DNA of 63,157 bases, the filler included, from Octopus bimaculoides (taxonomy: Eukaryota): assembly GCF_001194135.2 (NCBI RefSeq). It is 8 parts of 6 records of this genome, joined end to end, with 100 filler letters (N's around TTAATTAATTAA, not from the genome) between each part and the next. Parts side by side here need not be neighbours in the genome. Positions count along the whole stretch, not along the records: positions 1 to 21,640 come from NC_068986.1; positions 21,741 to 39,510 come from NC_068986.1; 6 more parts are not named here. One strand, given 5' to 3'. How positions within the stretch are numbered: the first letter of the stretch is position 1; each line of letters begins with the position of its first letter. The translations under genes were made by a program, and so were the position numbers. The notes under the pieces were generated by a model that saw nothing but the letters and a program-made list of their open reading frames with translations, ran no database searches and was not told the DNA's origin. Shown here one piece after another: positions 12,155 to 23,985 of the stretch.

Positions 12155-14251
12155 CACTGGTTTACAGAGAAACTCAGGCAAACATAAACATAGTTGTTGT
12201 AGCCTAATTTGAGATGCTGCTTTCAGATACAAACCCAGTTTTCACTCATCACCTCTAGTTTTTAGGATATACATTATTATGTTTTATTTTGTTTTCCAGA
12301 TTTTCGGGATAGGTATGATACATATCTCTACAATGGCTTCAGGTACTTCAAAACACCGAGGATGCAACAACAAGGCAAATTTATTCTGCTGCCTGTGGGG
12401 AGATTTCACGACAGTTGCACAGCGCCGAACAATTATTTCCCACCTGAGAACTGCTTACTTTCATTAATTTGACTAAACCCTGCTACTATGGACTAACTGC
12501 ATGGTTTAACAGCAAGAAAGCAGCCTTCAACTGTGCTGTCTCGATGGTCGGGAGAGAGCCAGGAAGCCATGCAGTTGATTGTCATTTTTGTCTAACAAAT
12601 ATGACAGGTTTCAATGCTTCTTCTAGAAAAAAGATCAAATATCCCAACCTTTCCTCAGCTATGAGACCTGTTCCCCATTCAGATGATCTCACTGTCCTTA
12701 CACTCCCATCAAATAAGGATCCTCTTCCTTCATCAGATGAAGAAATGCCTTCAAGGAAAGATTCTGTCAAGTCGATCTCGTCTGAAGACAATGTCTCTGT
12801 TTATTCAGAATCTAGTGACAATGAACCTCACTGGGTCACGCAGAAGACTTGAATGACCTTGCCCGTGGTTTGTGTTTAACTAATTAGCAGTCAGAGCTCC
12901 TGGCATCCCGGCTTAAATAGTGGAACCTGGTCAAGGCAGATGTAAAGATCACCAGTTTCAGGACACAGAACCAGGACTTCGCTTCATTCTTCGACATAGA
13001 AAACAGGTTGTGCTACTGCACCAATGACTCTGGCTTCTTCACCTTCCTTGGTTTCCTACACAATCCCTCAGACTGGCGTCTTTTCATAGACTCTTCCAAG
13101 CGAAGTTTGAAGGCTGTGCTCCTGCACAATGGGAATAAATACCCCATCATTCTCCTTGCCTACTCAGTCCATCTGAAGGAGTCGTGTCACAATATGGAGC
13201 TCCTTTTGAAGCTGTCAAGAACAAACAGCAACAGTGAAGTCTCTGCGGGCACCTCAAAGTCATTGGGTTCCCTATGGGTATGTAAGCGAACTCCACAAAG
13301 TGCTGTTGCTCTCTCTGTCTCTGGGACAGTCGGACTGAGTCTACGCACTACAAACAGAAGGACTGGAGATCTAGGAGCACTTTCGTGCCTGGTGAACACA
13401 ATGTCCAAGAAAATCCTCTGGTGGAAATGAACAAAGTGCTTCTCTCCCCTTTTGATATCAAGCTTGGTTTATTGAAGAATCTCGTGAAGGCCATGGACAA
13501 AAATGGCGCTGCTTTCCAACACTTATGCACTCTGTCCCCAGCTCTGAGTTCTGCTAAGCTCGAGGGGGGCATCTTCGTCGGACCTCAGATCCGAGAGGTG
13601 CTGATGGATAAGGACTTTGAGGAGCTTCTTACCTTAAAGGAACTGAGAGCATGGGAAACATTTAAGTCAGTCTGCCATGACTTCCTTGGTAACACACGGG
13701 TACTAGATTATCAAGGGTGTATCGAGAAGATGATACAGTCTCATGAGGATATGGGATGCTGAATGTCACTCAAAATTCACTTTCTCCACTCACCCCAACT
13801 TCTCTCCGAAGCTCGGAGCAGTGAGTGATGAGCATGAAGAAAGGTTCCACCAAGATATTAAGATGGAGAGCAAAAGCAAGGCAAGTGGAACTCCAGCATG
13901 ATGAGAGGACTTTTTCTGGATACTCTTGCGTGACATTCTGGATGTAAAGTACTTAAGATCGTCCAAAGAAACTCGCTTCTGTCTACTGTACTATGATTTG
14001 TGTGTATTGAATTATCCAATTAATTAAGTTTCATCAATGTTCTGTATCTATGCCTTTGTAACACGTGAAATAAACACATTATATTTTAAATTTATATGCA
14101 GTATAATTAAAATGGGATATGTGAAAGCAAAAGAACTAGAGGTGATAGTGCAAATCTGTTCAGAAAATTAAATTCACATCAAAATTAGTAATAAAAAAAA
14201 CACCTATTCACATACTTGCTTCAGACCCAAAAAGAAATTTGTAAACCAGTG
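12155..14251 (+). mobile_element. Full-length, defective DNA transposon, Chapaev3/CMC-like (2097 bp)
   Basis: 12-bp terminal inverted repeats CACTGGTTTACA (12155-12166) and TGTAAACCAGTG (14240-14251) enclose a broken transposase. The 5'-CAC terminus is typical of the CMC superfamily. Family assignment is from recalled motifs; there is no matching TSD. Confidence 0.75.
12333..13960 (+). pseudogene. DDE transposase of the Chapaev3-like element, with several frameshifts and stops
   Basis: Fragments in successive frames: Cys-rich N-terminus GCNNKANLFCC, DCHFCLTN..YPNLSSAMRPVPHS, WRLFIDSSKRSLKAVLLHNGNKYP, KLGLLKNLVKAMDK, GIFVGPQIRE, FLGN, and SDEHEERFHQDI near 13820-13860. Confidence 0.85.
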
Positions 14252-14294
14252 TGTGCGTGCATGCATGCATGTGTGTGTGTGTGTGTGTGTGTGC

Positions 14295-14605
14295 GAGGGT
14301 GAATGACTTAGTGGTTACCGTTGTGCGCTCGCGATCGCAAGATCGTGGTTTCGATTCATGCAGCAGGTAGTACATTGTGTTCTTGAGAAAATCACTTCAT
14401 TCCACGTTGTTCTAGGCTCACTTCGACATCTGATGAGTGGCACACCATGTACTTATACAGGTGATATTGATTTGATTGAGGGAGTGAGTTAATGTACAAC
14501 AAAAACATTTTGAGCAGAATACATATACAAATCGTCTGTACAGGTTGTTCAACAAGACGTCGCCGAACACTCATCTGTCATTTAAGAGAGGAGAGTCCAC
14601 CATTA
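14295..14605 (+). mobile_element. tRNA-derived SINE
   Basis: tgacttagtggtta...cgtggtttcgattc (A and B boxes), followed by core gttcttgagaaaatcacttcattccacgttg. Confidence 0.75.
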
Positions 14606-15240
14606 TATATATATATTCATATGTATACTTTATTAACCTGTGAATGACGAATTAATAACTATTATATAACTAACATGATTATGAAACAGCTGTAAACTAA
14701 TGCAATAAACACCTATTCTCTTACTTCACTTTTTTTTAATTGTCTAACATATATGTATATATATNNNNNNNNNNNNNNNNNNNNNNNNNNNNNNNNNNNN
14801 NNNNNNNNNNNNNNNNNNNNNNNNNNNNNNNNNNNNNNNNNNNNNNNNNNNNNNNNNNNNNNNNNNNNNNNNNNNNNNNNNNNNNNNNNNNNNNNNNNNN
14901 NNNNNNNNNNNNNNNNNNNNNNNNNNNNNNNNNNNNNNNNNNNNNNNNNNNNNNNNNNNNNNNNNNNNNNNNNNNNNNNNNNNNNNNNNNNNNNNNNNNN
15001 NNNNNNNNNNNNNNNNNNNNNNNNNNNNNNNNNNNNNNNNNNNNNNNNNNNNNNNNNNNNNNNNNNNNNNNNNNNNNNNNNNNNNNNNNNNNNNNNNNNN
15101 NNNNNNNNNNNNNNNNNNNNNNNNNNNNNNNNNNNNNNNNNNNNNNNNNNNNNNNNNNNNNNNNNNNNNNNNNNNNNNNNNNNNNNNNNNNNNNNNNNNN
15201 NNNNNNNNNNNNNNNNNNNNNNNNNNNNNNNNNNNNNNNN

Positions 15241-15280
<40 letters not shown>

Positions 15281-15745
15281 TCGATACAGGGGATAGTCAT
15301 TCCAGATAATATCAAAACTAACAAAAGCTTAGCAAATTAATTTTTCGAGAAGTATTTGCTTTCGTATCGAGAGTGTTTCCTCAGTGGTAACTGTAATTCA
15401 TTTCCGCGCTAAACGAATAAACTACGGCGCAGACTTCAATACGATAGGTTGGGGTCTCTATCACGGTGACGCGTGCTAAAGGAGCTAAGGTAATTTTTTT
15501 GCCGGTGCAGAAAGCGGTCCACGGGAGTCCAAATACTTAAATGTACGTTAGGAGATTTTATTACCCTGATCTTCTTTCGATTGATTTCTGTAGTTATCAT
15601 CAGTGTATTTTGGCGATTTAAATAAGAGTTTTGACTGTTATTTCCAGCAGATAGGCATGCTTAGTATGTCCTTTGATTAATTTTAATATATACATGTATA
15701 TATGTATATATATATATAACTTTTAAGTACATTTTAAGCTGGTAA

Positions 15746-15845
<100 letters not shown>

Positions 15846-16249
15846 GCATGTATACAGAACGAGAGAGAGAGAGAGAGTAAGGAGAAAGGAAGAGGTAGAA
15901 AGAGATAAATGGAGGCTGATGAATGGAGAAAGAAAGAGGGATAGAGGGACAGAAATATCGAGGAATGAAACGAAGAAGAAAAATTGGGTTTGGGGAAACA
16001 GAAATGAATAAAAAATAAAAGGTGAAGGAAGGAGAAAGCGAGGAATGAAATAAAAGTACGGAGACAAAACAAGAACAAAAGCAAAAAAGAATATAAATAA
16101 ACGCGGAGCAGCGGTCGTTTCTAATAACCAGGCGGTATACCATATTTAGTCTCCACATTCTCTCGGCGATGCTTTTTCTCTTTAATCTTATTGGCATTCA
16201 TAAATGAGAAACGCTATTTTAGCTGAGATGAGTCACTCGACTATATACG

Positions 16250-16760
16250 TAAATATATGTATGTATGCATACATACATACATACATACAAGCGTGTATAC
16301 ATACATAAATGCATACATACATAAATACATACGTACATACATACATACATGCAAGCAAGTATGCACACATACATGTATGTATACATATATACATACATGC
16401 ACACATAATAGACACACATATATGCATACATATATACACATATAGCTGTATACATACATTCATAAACACATACACGCATACATTCATACATACGTACATA
16501 CATACATACATACGTACATACATACATACATATAAGCTTGCATACATACATAGAAACATACATACAAGCATACATGCATGCACACATAATAGACGCACAC
16601 ATATATGCGTGCATATATGCATATATACATTTATATAACTGTATACATACATTCATAAACACATACACGCATACATTCATGCATACATACATGTATACAT
16701 ACATACATACATACATACATACATACATACACACACATGCATACATGTGTACATACATAC
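16250..16760 (+). repeat. Complex (CATA)n microsatellite with an internal higher-order duplication
   Basis: The block catgcacacataatagac...cattcataaacacatacacgcatacattcat occurs at about 16395 and about 16575. Confidence 0.85.
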
Positions 16761-18586
16761 AGTCGGTGCACTTCGTTTTGTGAATACAAGCCAAAAGTGA
16801 GAATGCAGAAAAGGTTGAATTTTCAGAGAAAGAAATCAAGCAACAAACACACATATTACAAATACAATCTGTAAGCGCAACAATAAAAATATGGAAAACA
16901 TTTCCTAAGTTCAAAATGTAACATACGTTATTTTTATTTTTATTTTTTATTCCAACGATGTAACTTTGAATCGTTGTCAGAAATTTGCTCCTTCTTTGCA
17001 GGGAGCCTTCAAATAATTAAAACCAGAAAAGAAACTACATATGAACGGCCTATACGAAAAGGATGAAAAGTAACTGGGACTGTAAATAGCGCAGCTATTC
17101 GCATTTCTGTCCAAAGAAAGTTTGGCAACAATCACCTTTCGTGAAAAAAAAATTTGTTAATATTCCTACCGACCATCAAAATCGAACGTTAGAGAAAAGT
17201 TAGAGCAGCTGTGAATTCTTCCCCTGAAAGACCTGAAACGCACGACTTCTGAAAGACCTTAAACAACACAATGAACATGCTCCCTTTAAACGAACAGCAG
17301 TGAACAAAGAGTATTTGCTAATGAAGAATAGAAACAAGCACAGTCAACAGCAAAATCTAAACAAAGAATCATTAGCTACGTTAAAAAACAATTACGAGAG
17401 AATAAGAGAATAATCACCACACGAATAGAAAGAAAACTGACCGATCTGATGTTATCCGTAATAGACGAAGAAACTAAGGAACAACAAGCAAAAGTCGAAA
17501 ACTTCAGCCTTTCAAACACTAAATGTTCTACATTCTTGAGCTACAGTTACGTTTATTCAATTGTTTGGGATCGACAGAGATCTATCGTAATGAGAAGAAA
17601 CAACCAAAATGTACGACCTCTCTCCAAACAAATATCGACAGAACTCAGAAAAATATCGGACCATTAGATAATATCATTAGGTGTTAAGAATAGTATGTTC
17701 AGGAACCCACAACTGCGACATTATAATACATTATCTGAAGTGTATGGAGAGTGTAGACAACTCGCACTAATGGGAAAGCTCACTGCCCTTAAACATGACG
17801 TGGGAGCAATAAGTGAAAGCATTCAAGATCATTAAAAAAAATTAGTAGAATGTAAAGGTGTTATTCACAAGTTTACACTAAACCCACAAGATTATCTCAG
17901 TAGTCATGTCATCAAGATCGTACATGCTATTCCCCAGGATGATTAAGAATCATCTAATGGAAGGATTTGGACTGTAAACAAACAACACAATTATGATGCA
18001 ATATGGTTACATGAGCTACAAAGTAAGTACATAGTGAATATTATGAAAAATTTATATTAACAGTGAGTCTTTTAAATGTTGTTGCAATAGTAACGAAAGG
18101 AAAATCCCTTGAGAGAGACCTGATAGTTTGTTATCGGTCGCAGATGGTGCAAGATAGACAAAACAGCCCACATGTGTCTGCTAAAAACGAAATATAATAA
18201 ACGTCGAGCTCAATGTGCCAGATTAGCTGATAGCTACAAGTACAACACTAGTAGCTAAATAAGAAGAGACGCATGTGGGCAAAAACTACAGGACAATAAC
18301 GTGCTTGAATGTGTTGTGAAAATATTCACTGGTTGCTTGAATGCATTCCTCCAGGATCACAGCGAAACACAATGTGATGAGTGATGAGCTGGCAAGAAAG
18401 AAGAAAGTAGTCCAGAGCTCTGCTGAGTAGCTTTTAATAATTTAAGCTGTCCTTAAGAGCGAATCAATGCCACCGAAAACTACTGAGTGAACGCTTAGTA
18501 ATGCGAGAGTGACAAAGGAAAACTTCAATAGACTTCAGTAGACTTCAGAAGATACAGAAGTGAGACGTGTGTGTATTTAATAAAAA

Positions 18587-19110
18587 CTACACTACCCGTG
18601 ACCCGTTGGATCACCTAGATTCCCCGTGACCCGTTGGATCACCTGGAAAGTCTGAGTTTCCCAGCAATGGAGTTTTGTTTCATTGATTTTTTCTTTTCCA
18701 GATTATTTCGCATGTTTTCAACGAATGTGACATCGAAATCACGCGTAAACGGCTCCTTTCCCCAGAAAAGGAAAGATTTGGCTACTATTTCTTGCACGCC
18801 CTGCTACCACGTAACAATTATTTCGGGTCCTTTATTGCAAATAGCTGTTAGGTGGAAGCAGGGTGAGCTAGAAATAGCAGCCAAATCTTTGGAGCTGAGA
18901 TACATTGAATGCACTCGAAAAAATTTTTGTAATGGTATTCCCTTGGGGCGACCTTTCGCTTTGACTCTCAGAACTGTCATCCGTACAGCTGATTTTGCTT
19001 GTTAATTTCTGTAACATTTTTTTATTTATTTACTTTTGTTTTAAAGTGAAAGAGGGGATGAAGTGAAAGAGGGGATGAAGTGAAAGATGTATGGACGTGT
19101 ATATGAAATG

Positions 19111-19166
<56 letters not shown>

Positions 19167-19223
19167 AGAGAGAGAGTGCCACTTACACATACATGAGAAC
19201 ACACACGTTCACTCAGTCACACA

Positions 19224-19277
<54 letters not shown>

Positions 19278-19895
19278 TGCACAGGTACATACATCTTTCA
19301 CCTTGTCCTCTCTTTCACTTTAAAACAAATGTAAATAATTAAAAAAATTACGGAAATTAACGAACCCCGGATGACAAGCGAAAGATCGCCATTCATTTGT
19401 AAACAATTAAAAAAAAACATTAAAATATTGTATGTTTAAAGAAAGCTAAAATATAAATACTTATTGTACAAACAACTTAGATATTTTAAATCACATCGAC
19501 TTAAAAATATTTTTAAATAATTAAAATATTGTGTACGTCAAAAAGTCGGCGCTTTTTCCTTTTCGTCTTAGCGAGCGCAAAGTCTATGCGTGTGTATATG
19601 TCACAGATAGCGGACGTGTGTTTGTGTTGACTGACACACCATGACATTCATTATATGTGTATGTGTGTTGACGTCACAGAGCCAGGTATTTTTTTTCGTC
19701 AAGAAATAACAAGCAAAAATTGTGTCTAATCGTTTTCATTAATACATAGATGTCCAGATATCACAAAAAAATGTACTACATTGCCGAAAGAAAGTATGAA
19801 AATAAATATGCAAGAAAAAAAAACAATTAAGATAAAATATTTCTGAGATATTTCGTGTACACACAAACATCTCTAGAGTTTTAGTAGTATTAAGA
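18587..19895 (-). mobile_element. Non-autonomous Helitron-like element
   Basis: On the minus strand it starts A|TC (19895-19894) and ends GGGTAGTGTAG|T at 18587. A GC-rich GTGA...TCAC hairpin lies just upstream of the 3' end and is present twice. No TIR or TSD, and the insertion site is A|T. The terminus is GTAG rather than the canonical CTAG. Confidence 0.55.
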
Positions 19896-20496
19896 TTATA
19901 TCTTTTATCGCATTCGTAGTGCCAGTACTTGTATCAGCATTTGGGATACTAGACTGGGCCCTTGAAAATATCCCTATTTTGGATTTCAGGACTAGGAACG
20001 TACTAACAACCAGCTGATAATTCCAACGTCAGTATTAATACTGATCGGATCACGTTAGACGGACGGATGGACCTAAAGGATCAGTTCATACCGATAAGTA
20101 AAGAGAAAAACGGGCACATCAGATGTATACTCAGCGGCAAAGGAGTAAACTCTTGAGATTTGGTGAAGAACTGAACAAGTACTTTGAGTGTACTGTTGTT
20201 CCATGTGAAACAAGTGCGTCTGGGCTGATCTACTTAAACAAGATGAAATCCTCATCATACCAGCAGAAAATTATGTATTTATACATATCCTACATGCTTG
20301 AAGATATTAAAAACATTGGCAAGAATATTAGCCTCGTCTGCACATGGGATAAATCAATTACATCTCAACCAGAAAACAAGATTGTTGCTACCCAAGAACA
20401 AGAGATAGTTTCTTAGTATCTGATAGAAAGAATTCACACTTTGAAAAGGTAGTATACTGGTGGGACATTCCAATAAAAGCTGTTATAAGCATCACA

Positions 20497-20819
20497 GGAG
20501 GCGCAATGGCCCAGCGGTTAGGGCAGCGGACTCGCAGTCGGAGGATCGCGGTTTCGATTCCCAGACCGGGCGTTGTGTGTGTTTATTGAGCGCAAACACC
20601 TAAAGCTCCACGAGGCTCCGGCAGGGGGTGGCGGCGACCCCTGTTGTACTCTTTCACCCTAACTTCCTCTCAATCTTTCTTCCTGTTTCTTGAGTAACGC
20701 TGCAATGGACTGGCGTCCCGTCCAGGTGGGGGGAACACATACGCCATAGAAACCGGGAAACCGGGCCCATGAGCCTGACTAGGCTTGAAAAGGGCGCATA
20801 AATAAATAAAAATAAGTAA
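20497..20819 (+). mobile_element. Intact tRNA-derived SINE with 12-bp target-site duplication
   Basis: A box TGGCCCAGCGG, B box GGTTTCGATTCCC, CpG-rich body and (AAAT)n tail. TSD ATAAGCATCACA at 20485-20496 and 20820-20831. Confidence 0.93.
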
Positions 20820-20887
20820 ATAAGCATCACACACCAAACATTGTATGNNNNNNNNNNNNNNNNNNNNNNNNNNNNNNNNNNNNNNNN

Positions 20888-20929
<42 letters not shown>

Positions 20930-21640
20930 TTAATAGGGTAAAAATTTGATATTAATTAATATCAATTTAATACCAGGAAACCGGCACATTAAAAGAATCA
21001 GAAGATTCAGAAAAGATTTTCTGAGATCTCAAAAGGATTATAGTATACTTATATATAAGAGAGACCACTAGGTGGACTGGTAATGTGCTATATATATATA
21101 TAGGGAAAAAACTAATGAGAGACAGCAGATCATCCGCTAAGTTAAAAAAATCTAACGACAACTGATAAGGTGCAGAAGACAAAATCGCGCTTCTTATGTA
21201 ATTAAGAACTGGTGAGAGAAACAGTGGGAAACGTCAGAAGGAAAGAGTAATGGTATGAATAGAAGCAGGCAAGGTCGAGAGTGAGGTGAAGGGAAAAGGC
21301 GAGGGAAGAGGGGTGCTGAAGGATAAGAAAGGATTTAATGACGCAGCAGAATGAAGAAACGTTTATTTAAACCTATTGGTGACATCACACATACACATAT
21401 AGACACACTTATGCACGCACGCAAACATTAACACACGCACGCACACACACACATTTAGAAAGTTATTTTATGCGTATTCTTTCATATATAAAGACCGTGG
21501 AGACAATTTTATTTTCTCCAGATACAAATCCTGCGTCGAATGCCTTTCGCGTCCTATATTTGTCTCATATTGTTATTTTCTTTCAGTCATTATACTTTGG
21601 TCATGCTGGGGAACGACCTTGAATAATTTTTAGTTGGATA

Positions 21641-21740
21641 NNNNNNNNNNNNNNNNNNNNNNNNNNNNNNNNNNNNNNNNNNNNTTAATTAATTAANNNN
21701 NNNNNNNNNNNNNNNNNNNNNNNNNNNNNNNNNNNNNNNN
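21641..21740. other. Artificial 100-bp scaffold spacer 44N-TTAATTAATTAA-44N (first of seven)
   Basis: Identical geometry with the 12-mer at 21685, 39555, 44147, 54470, 56843, 58610 and 61286. The 12-mer is a palindrome with stops in all six frames. Confidence 0.95.
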
Positions 21741-21829
21741 AGGTACTCAACTATGAGTGCATTGTATCTTATAGCAGAAACGGTTGGAAGTTAATGAAGT
21801 TCATAAGATAATCATTTATTCCTTTGTTA

Positions 21830-22015
21830 TCTCTCCTTCTCGTGTGTGTAAAAGCACCCAGCACCCTCTGTAAAGTGGTTTGCATTAGGAAAGGCATCCA
21901 GCCATAGAAAATATGCCAAATCAGACTGGAGCCTGGTGCAGCTCCTCAGCTTGCCAGCTTTAGTCACACTGTCCAACCCATGCAAGCATGAACAACAAAT
22001 GTTAACCGATGATGA
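21830..22015 (+). mobile_element. RTE-type 3' end fragment
   Basis: aaaagcacc...cattaggaaaggcatccagccatagaaa...ccaacccatgcaagcatg, ending in gatgatgac; reverse complement of the 27327-type tail. Confidence 0.75.
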
Positions 22016-22016
22016 C

Positions 22017-22052
<36 letters not shown>

Positions 22053-22336
22053 CTTATGCATAACAATACTAATAACAAGGTATTAGAACTCAATGTACAT
22101 ATGCTTCAGAATAAAGCATTAGTTGGGTACAGAACCTAATATGAAATTAAATAAACGGCAAGGGAACAGAAAATTACGTAATGGACTTCATTAACTTACA
22201 TCTGTTTCTGCTAGAAGATGCAGTGCACTACTCAGAGCCGAATGCATGTGCATCACCTTGCAGCTTCTTTGGAACTTCTAAAATGAAGTTTATTTGGGAA
22301 AGCGTTTACATTAAGATTTTACTTTCCCAAATAAAA

Positions 22337-22431
22337 ATTGCTCTGAGGATGCTATAAGGTGATACACAAGAACTCAGCTTTGAGTGCAATGCATCTTACA
22401 GCAGAAATAGCTGTAAGATAATGAAGTTCAT
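22337..22431 (+). ncRNA. Hammerhead-ribozyme-like motif (type I, minimal stem III), probably from a Penelope-like or retrozyme repeat
   Basis: CTGAGGA (22343-49); stem II TGCTATAAG/CTTACAGCA capped by ACTCA-GCTT-TGAGT; GAAA (22404-07); T-AGCT-G; TA (22414-15). Stem I is weak in this copy. Confidence 0.55.
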
Positions 22432-23419
22432 TCAATAATCTCCTGTTTCCACATCATTTATTTGATTTTATTTACACACACACACATATATATTATATAT
22501 ACACAGACACACACACACATGCACATATGTACACACATTCATGCTTTTTTATGTATTTTTATTATTTGATTATTGGACAAGTAAGGATGTTTTAACCAGC
22601 CTGTCAACATTGTTGACATAACTATTGATGACCATCTCTCTGTCTGTCTAACCAAGCATCAATCAGGTGGTGTTGAGGATTAATAATCTTACAAAATAAC
22701 TAGATTCTCTGTTTGCTTTGTGTTTTTTTTTTCACTCTGTCTGTTTTTTTTTTGTTTTTTTTTTTTTTGCTTTATTACATGCTGACACCAGTATTAGTCT
22801 TTTATTACTCAGCACTGCATAAAGTACTTTAGTTTTGGCTAGCAATTATTTGATGAAAAAATATAATGAAATAGACTGTGCAATTACATTGATGATAATC
22901 ACTATAATATTCTGCTCACCTCATTTTGAACATCTTTTTCTTTTGTGTTTGTTTGTATGCGTGTGATGGGGTGAGGGATGGTGGCATTTGGTTCAGATAT
23001 ATTTCACTGTGTCTTTGTTGCTGCATTGCTGATGAAAATTTGTAATGTTGAATGTTATGCCTGTAGAAAGATGAAAGGCTTATAATACCAACCTGTTAAC
23101 TGTGTCCTCTAGTTCAATTTCTGCTTTCTCATCTTGTCTGTTATCATGTAATTCGTTTTACCAATGATGCATGTTGAGTTATGAAGATCTGTAAAGGTAT
23201 GAGATAAGACCTCCCTCAGCGAAGATTCATTTTGATGCTCATCTGTAAATCATCCTCATTCAACGTCCACTTTTTTATACTTCTTAAGGAAGATTTTCTA
23301 CAGCTAGATGTCCTCACCTGTTTCCAGGTAAGGCATTATTTCTCCATGGCCAGACAAATTTTTAATGGGAGACTGGGAGATTGGAAACAAAGCCACATTG
23401 TTTGTATGATGGTCATGTT

Positions 23420-23765
23420 TGTTTACAGCCATTGCACGATGTCTAGACAAGGATACACTGAGACTCTGTTGGTTATGATGATGAGTGTTCCAGTTAATCC
23501 AATCAATGGAGCAACCTGCTTGTGAAGTCAACGTGCAAGTGGCTGAGTACTCCTCAGACATGTATACCCTTAATGTAGTTCTCAGGGAGATTCAGCATGA
23601 CATAGAATGTGATAGGGATGGCTCTTTGAAATACAAGTACTACTCATTTTTGCCAGCTCGGTGGACTGGAGCAACATAGAATAAAGTGTGTAGCTCAAGG
23701 ACACAACTCACTACAGGATATTGAACCCACTACCTTATGATTGTGAGCTAAACACCCTAACCACG
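23420..23765 (-). mobile_element. tRNA-derived SINE with conserved central core
   Basis: Minus-strand head gtggttagggtg...gggttcaat, core ccttgagc.acactttattc..ctccagtccacc.agctgg; tail shared with the 1058 copy. Confidence 0.8.
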
Positions 23766-23774
23766 AAACCATGT

Positions 23775-23985
23775 GCCTTCATTGACAAGGGCACACAAAC
23801 ACACACACACACACACACACACACGACTGGCTTCTTCAAGTTTCTGTTGACTAAATCCATTCACAAGGCTTTGGTTGGCTGAAGGTGATAGTAGAAAACG
23901 TTTTCTCAAGGTGTCAGGTTGTGGGACTGAACTATAAAGTGAGGAAGCAAGTTTCTTAGCCATACAGCCTCACCTGTGCCTATAA
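23775..23985 (-). mobile_element. Family A SINE, 5' half
   Basis: ggcttcttcaagtttc..ctaaatccattcacaaggctttgg...cttagccatacagcc. Confidence 0.75.

Noticed and set aside
20123-20470. 97-aa ORF or possible Gypsy integrase zinc-binding remnant
   Set aside because: Only vague similarity in an alternative frame with several stops; no LTR or RT nearby.
20497-20575. Possible tRNA gene
   Set aside because: No proper acceptor stem or T-run terminator; it continues into a SINE body with a tail and TSD.
22200-22277. Apparent 78-nt minus-strand exon (KFQRSCKVMHMHSALSSALHLLAETD) with AG and GTAAGT borders
   Set aside because: It lies inside a repeat unit present three times locally, so the splice signals are probably chance.
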